In this document: piece by piece, positions 60,235 through 64,000 of the stretch
Layout: each line of letters begins with the position of its first letter
Position numbering within the stretch: position 1 is the first letter of the stretch
Assembly (NCBI GenBank): GCA_038818725.1
Contig: JAWAYL010000001.1
Location: 5,676-69,675, forward strand
Source: Thermoplasmatota archaeon
GTDB taxonomy: Archaea > Thermoplasmatota > E2 > UBA202 > JdFR-43
Direction: 5' to 3'
DNA: 64,000 nucleotides
Translations under genes and position numbers: made by a program
The notes under the pieces: model-generated
Told to the model about the DNA's origin: nothing
What the model saw: the letters and a program-made list of their open reading frames with translations, nothing else
Database searches by the model: none

Positions 60235-60459
60235 ATGATAATTTTAGGGAAGATTATAGGAGTATTTAATATTTTTAATTCATCTAATATAAATTTTATT
60301 TCAGTTTTATTAATATTGTTAGGTATAGGATTCGCCATTATAAGAATAGCTCTATATAGAAAAACAAAGATAAGATTATCTGGTCTATTTGAGATTTTTT
60401 TATGGGTATACTCCAAACTTCTTTTTCTTCCAAAAAGTTTTTTTATTGATTTTTATTAA
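60235..60459 (+). CDS. Hypothetical small membrane protein, 74 aa
   Basis: Two predicted TM helices. ORF evidence only. Confidence 0.25.
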   Translation: MIILGKIIGVFNIFNSSNINFISVLLILLGIGFAIIRIALYRKTKIRLSGLFEIFLWVYSKLLFLPKSFFIDFY

Positions 60460-60461
60460 TC

Positions 60462-61955
60462 ATGAAAAAGATGAAGCCAAAAGTTGCTATTGTTAGTGTT
60501 TATGATAAAAGGGGGATAGAAGATTTTTGTAAGGAATTGTTAAAAAATAATGTTAAGATATATGCTTCCGAGGGAACAAAAAAATATCTTGAGCAAAAAG
60601 GAATAAAAGTGAAAAGTGTTTCAAGCTACACTGGTTTTTCGGAATTGCTTGGAGGAAGAATAAAAACATTGAGCACAAAGTTGCATTCAGCAATCCTTGC
60701 AAGAGAAGATGAATTGGAAGAATTAAAAAGCAAAGGAATTGAGCCAATCGATATGGTTGTTTGCAATTTCTATCCATATAGCGTAGGTATAGATGAAATG
60801 GACATTGGTGGGCCTGCAATGGTGAGGGCTGCTGCAAAGAATTGGAGAAGAGTTATTGTAATATCAAGCCCTTCTCAATATGAAGAAGCAAAAAAATATC
60901 TAAGCAAAGGGTTTGACGAAAAAATTAGGTTAAGATTTGCAATTGAAGCATTACAGAGAACTTCATACTATGATGCAATGATTTTAAAAAGATATGAAAA
61001 AAATTTTCCATCTCTGCTCTGCTTACCTTACATTAAAAAAATGGATTTAAGATATGGAGAAAATCCTCATCAAAAAGCATCTTTTTATGTAAAAGAAGGC
61101 TTAAGCGAGGCATGTATTTCGAATGCAATTCAGCTTCAGGGAAAAGAGCTTTCCTACAATAATATTCTTGATGCCAATCATGCAATTGAATGCTTAAAAG
61201 AATTTGATGAGCCAACTGCTGTAATTGTAAAGCATGCCACGCCTTGCGGAATTGCCTCTTCTGAAAAAATAGAGGATGCATGGAGAAAAGCTTTTGAAAC
61301 AGATACATACTCCCCATATGGAGGGATTGTTGCGGTAAATAGAAAAATTAATGAAAATTTGGCAAATGAAATGAAAAAAATTTTTCTTGAAATTATAATA
61401 GCTCCTTCCTTCAGCAATGAAGCATTGCAAATTTTCAGCGAGAAAAAAAATTTAAGGCTTTTGCAGATAAATAAACTTGGGAAGGAAAAAAGGAAAAAAG
61501 AAATAGAATTAAGGAGTGTTTGCGGTGGCCTTCTTTTGCAGGAAAAAGATGTTAAAAAAATCAATCCACAGGAATGGAAATTTGTGAGCAGAAAAAAGCC
61601 GAGCAAGGAGGATATTTCTTCAATGGTTTTTGCTGTTAAATGTGTAAGGCATGTAAAATCAAATGCGGTTGTTTTTGTTAAAGATAAAAGCACCGTTGCT
61701 ATAGGAGGAGGACAAACATCGAGAGTTGATGCTGTATGGATTGCAACATATAAGGGGAAGGAAAGAATAAAGGGTTCGATAATGGCTTCAGATGCTTTTT
61801 TCCCTTTTAGAGATGCAGTTGACGAAGCAGCAAAAGCAGGCGTAAGAGCAATTGTTCAGCCAGGTGGTTCAATAAGGGATAAGGAAATTATAGAAGCAGC
61901 AGATGAGCATGGCATAATAATGGTATTTACTGGACAGAGATGCTTTTTGCATTAA
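60462..61955 (+). CDS. purH: Bifunctional AICAR transformylase / IMP cyclohydrolase (PurH)
   Basis: MGS-like N-domain (KVAIVSVYDKRGIEDFCKELL...ASEGTKKYLEQKGIKVKSVSSYTGFSELLGGRIKTLSTKLH) followed by an AICARFT domain. 497 aa. Confidence 0.8.
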   Translation: MKKMKPKVAIVSVYDKRGIEDFCKELLKNNVKIYASEGTKKYLEQKGIKVKSVSSYTGFSELLGGRIKTLSTKLHSAILAREDELEELKSKGIEPIDMVVCNFYPYSVGIDEMDIGGPAMVRAAAKNWRRVIVISSPSQYEEAKKYLSKGFDEKIRLRFAIEALQRTSYYDAMILKRYEKNFPSLLCLPYIKKMDLRYGENPHQKASFYVKEGLSEACISNAIQLQGKELSYNNILDANHAIECLKEFDEPTAVIVKHATPCGIASSEKIEDAWRKAFETDTYSPYGGIVAVNRKINENLANEMKKIFLEIIIAPSFSNEALQIFSEKKNLRLLQINKLGKEKRKKEIELRSVCGGLLLQEKDVKKINPQEWKFVSRKKPSKEDISSMVFAVKCVRHVKSNAVVFVKDKSTVAIGGGQTSRVDAVWIATYKGKERIKGSIMASDAFFPFRDAVDEAAKAGVRAIVQPGGSIRDKEIIEAADEHGIIMVFTGQRCFLH

Positions 61956-61988
61956 TAAAACTTAAAAATAAAGAAACATTACTCCTTG

Positions 61989-63350
61989 ATGGAAGCAACA
62001 AAATATTCAACAGTAAAAGAAATAAAAGGCCCGTTGCTAATTGTTGAAGGAATTGGAGAAGTAGGATATGGAGAAATTGTAAAAATTAAAGGAGATGGAG
62101 AAAGAATAGGGCAGGTATTGGAAGCAGCTGAAGGAAAAGCTGTAATTCAGGTTTTTGAAGGAACTCGTGGTTTAGATGTAAAAAATACATCTGTTACTTT
62201 CACTGGAAAGCCAATGGAAATAGGTGTAACAGTCGACATGCTCGGAAGAGTATTTAATGGAATGTGCTCCCCAATAGATGGTTCTCCTCCTCCAATACCT
62301 GACGAAATAAGAAATGTAAATGGCTATCCAATAAACCCATCATCAAGAGAATATCCTCGTGACCCAATCCAGACAGGAATTTCAACAATTGATGGAATGA
62401 ACACTCTTGTAAGAGGACAAAAACTGCCAATTTTCAGCGGCGCCGGCCTGCCACACAATGAGCTTGCCGCCCAGATAGCGAGACAGGCGAAAATAGGGCA
62501 GGAGAATTTTGCTGTTATTTTTTGTGCAATTGGAATAACTGCTGAAGAAGCGGACTTTTTTATGAAGGATTTTGAAGAGACGGGGGCTATTGAAAGAAGT
62601 GTTCTTTTTTTAAATCTTGCAAATGATCCGTCAATTGAAAGGTTGATTGCCCCAAAAGTTGCTCTTACGACCGCTGAATATCTTGCTTTTACCAAAGGAA
62701 TGCATGTTCTTGTTATATTAACTGATATGACAAATTATGCTGAAGCATTGCGTGAAATATCTGCTGCAAGAGAAGAAGTTCCGGGAAGGAGAGGATATCC
62801 TGGGTATATGTATACTGATTTAGCGCAAAATTATGAAAGAGCTGGGCGAATTATCGGAAAAGAAGGATCAATAACTCAAATACCCATATTAACAATGCCA
62901 GATGATGATATAACCCATCCAATTCCTGATTTAACTGGTTATATAACTGAGGGGCAGATTGTTTTGTCAAGAGAGCTACATAATAAAGGAATATACCCTC
63001 CTGTTGCAGTATTACCTTCTCTTTCACGATTGATGGCGGAAGGAATAGGAAAAGGAAAGACAAGAGAAGACCATCATCAGCTTGCAAATCAGCTATATGC
63101 TGCATATGCTGAAGGATGTGATTTACGCGACTTGGTTGCTGTTGTTGGAGAAGAAGCTCTTACTGAAAGAGATAAAAAATACCTTGAATTTGCTGATGAA
63201 TTTGAGGATAAATTTGTAAGACAGGGGAGAGATGAAGATAGAACATTTGAGGAAACACTAAATTTAGGATGGAAGCTACTTTCAAGATTTCCAAGAAGTG
63301 AGCTGAAAAAAATAGATGAGAAATATATTAGTAAATATTACATAACATGA
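61989..63350 (+). CDS. atpB: A1A0 (A/V-type) ATP synthase subunit B
   Basis: Characteristic AtpB core ([12 protein letters not shown]...[38 protein letters not shown]...). ATG at 61989; the track ORF starts at a TTG at 61986. Confidence 0.9.
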   Translation: MEATKYSTVKEIKGPLLIVEGIGEVGYGEIVKIKGDGERIGQVLEAAEGKAVIQVFEGTRGLDVKNTSVTFTGKPMEIGVTVDMLGRVFNGMCSPIDGSPPPIPDEIRNVNGYPINPSSREYPRDPIQTGISTIDGMNTLVRGQKLPIFSGAGLPHNELAAQIARQAKIGQENFAVIFCAIGITAEEADFFMKDFEETGAIERSVLFLNLANDPSIERLIAPKVALTTAEYLAFTKGMHVLVILTDMTNYAEALREISAAREEVPGRRGYPGYMYTDLAQNYERAGRIIGKEGSITQIPILTMPDDDITHPIPDLTGYITEGQIVLSRELHNKGIYPPVAVLPSLSRLMAEGIGKGKTREDHHQLANQLYAAYAEGCDLRDLVAVVGEEALTERDKKYLEFADEFEDKFVRQGRDEDRTFEETLNLGWKLLSRFPRSELKKIDEKYISKYYIT

Positions 63351-63982
63351 CAAAAAAAGTTATAGAAGATGTAAAGCCAACAAGAATGGAACTTTTGCAA
63401 GTTAGGAAAAGAAAAGAATTAGCTTTAAAAGGACATAAGCTTTTATCTGAAAAAAGAGACGCTCTCGTAACTTCTTTTCTTGATTTAATAAAAAAAAGAA
63501 AGGAAAAAAGAAAAGAGCTTGAGGGATTTTTAAATGATGCTTTAAAGGCAATAATAAAGGCAGAAATGATTTTGGGCGAGGAAAGAGTAAAAAGGCTCGC
63601 TGAAACAATTTATAGGGAAAGAGAATTGAATTTAAGCAATAAAAATATTATGGGGGTTAGCATTCCAGAATTTAGCATTAGTGAAAAAGAAACTCCTTCT
63701 TACAGTTTATTTTCAACATCAAGCGATTTTGATGAAGCTGTTAAAAAAGCAGAAGAGTTGCTTAATAAAATAGTTGAAATAGCGGAAATAGAAGCAAGCA
63801 TACAAATGCTTGGAAGAGAGATAGAAAAAACAAAAAGAAGAGTAAATGCCCTCGAATATATATTTATACCTCGTCTTTTAAATACAATTTCTTATATAGA
63901 GAGGCAACTTGAAGAAATGGAAAGAGAAGATTTCTTCAGGAGAAAAAGGATAAAATATTTGCTTGGAAAATATGAAGATTGA
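63347..63982 (+). CDS. atpD: A1A0 ATP synthase subunit D
   Basis: 211 aa, coiled-coil-rich ([22 protein letters not shown]...). ATGA overlap directly after atpB, as in A-type ATPase operons. Confidence 0.8.
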   Translation: MTKKVIEDVKPTRMELLQVRKRKELALKGHKLLSEKRDALVTSFLDLIKKRKEKRKELEGFLNDALKAIIKAEMILGEERVKRLAETIYRERELNLSNKNIMGVSIPEFSISEKETPSYSLFSTSSDFDEAVKKAEELLNKIVEIAEIEASIQMLGREIEKTKRRVNALEYIFIPRLLNTISYIERQLEEMEREDFFRRKRIKYLLGKYED

Positions 63983-64000
63983 AGAAGATGAAATACTAGG

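Noticed and set aside
1-64000. CRISPR array or cas genes
   Set aside because: No short direct repeats with regular spacing were seen, and no Cas-like proteins. The only regular repeats are the coding tandem repeats at 45440-47060.

Overview
This is an AT-rich (about 30% GC) archaeal chromosomal window with compact, often overlapping genes, many of them starting at TTG or GTG codons. All calls below rest on protein motifs read by eye from the six-frame translations; none is verified by a database search.

What the window contains:
- A complete 14-gene membrane-bound [NiFe] hydrogenase and Mrp-antiporter cluster on the minus strand (6626-14731). Its gene order and protein sizes match Pyrococcus mbhA-N, and the large subunit keeps both Ni-Fe ligand motifs (RVCGICNFCH and DPCMSCTNR).
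- A full set of housekeeping genes: DnaG primase, Orc1/Cdc6, PolX, Csl4, RpoL, TruD, Nep1, proteasome beta, aCPSF1, ABCE1, PurP, PurH, PyrF/PyrE-like, dCMP deaminase, signal peptidase, Tmk-like, an E1-like ThiF protein, and A-type ATP synthase subunits B and D.
- Two tRNAs: tRNA-Met/Ile2(CAT) on the minus strand at 37163-37236 and tRNA-Lys(CTT) at 59725-59798.
- An arsenic-resistance module: ArsR, an ACR3-ArsC fusion, a thioredoxin-like protein and a thioredoxin-CcdA fusion.
- Three insertion-sequence (IS) loci. Two are degenerate copies of one IS4/ISH-like element in inverted orientation, at 1671-2853 and 55401-56114. The third is an IS5-like element at 43958-44974 with perfect 16-bp inverted repeats and a 7-bp ATTTCAT target duplication. 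It sits in the divergent promoter between two surface-protein genes.
- A set of very large secreted proteins: a 1551-aa beta-helix/PKD protein, an 853-aa PKD protein, a 1424-aa Ig-like-repeat protein, and two smaller paralogs. Several carry PGF-CTERM or IPSFE-type C-terminal membrane anchors.

Most worth a second look: the PKD cassettes of these surface genes are nearly identical at the nucleotide level across paralogs, the giant gene contains tandem 318-bp repeats, and the IS has inserted between surface genes. A PaaK/F390-synthetase-like ligase is translationally coupled to a radical-SAM-TRAM protein. A 40-aa zinc-ribbon gene lies unannotated at 24099-24221. No CRISPR array, Cas gene, reverse transcriptase or recognisable defence cassette was found.
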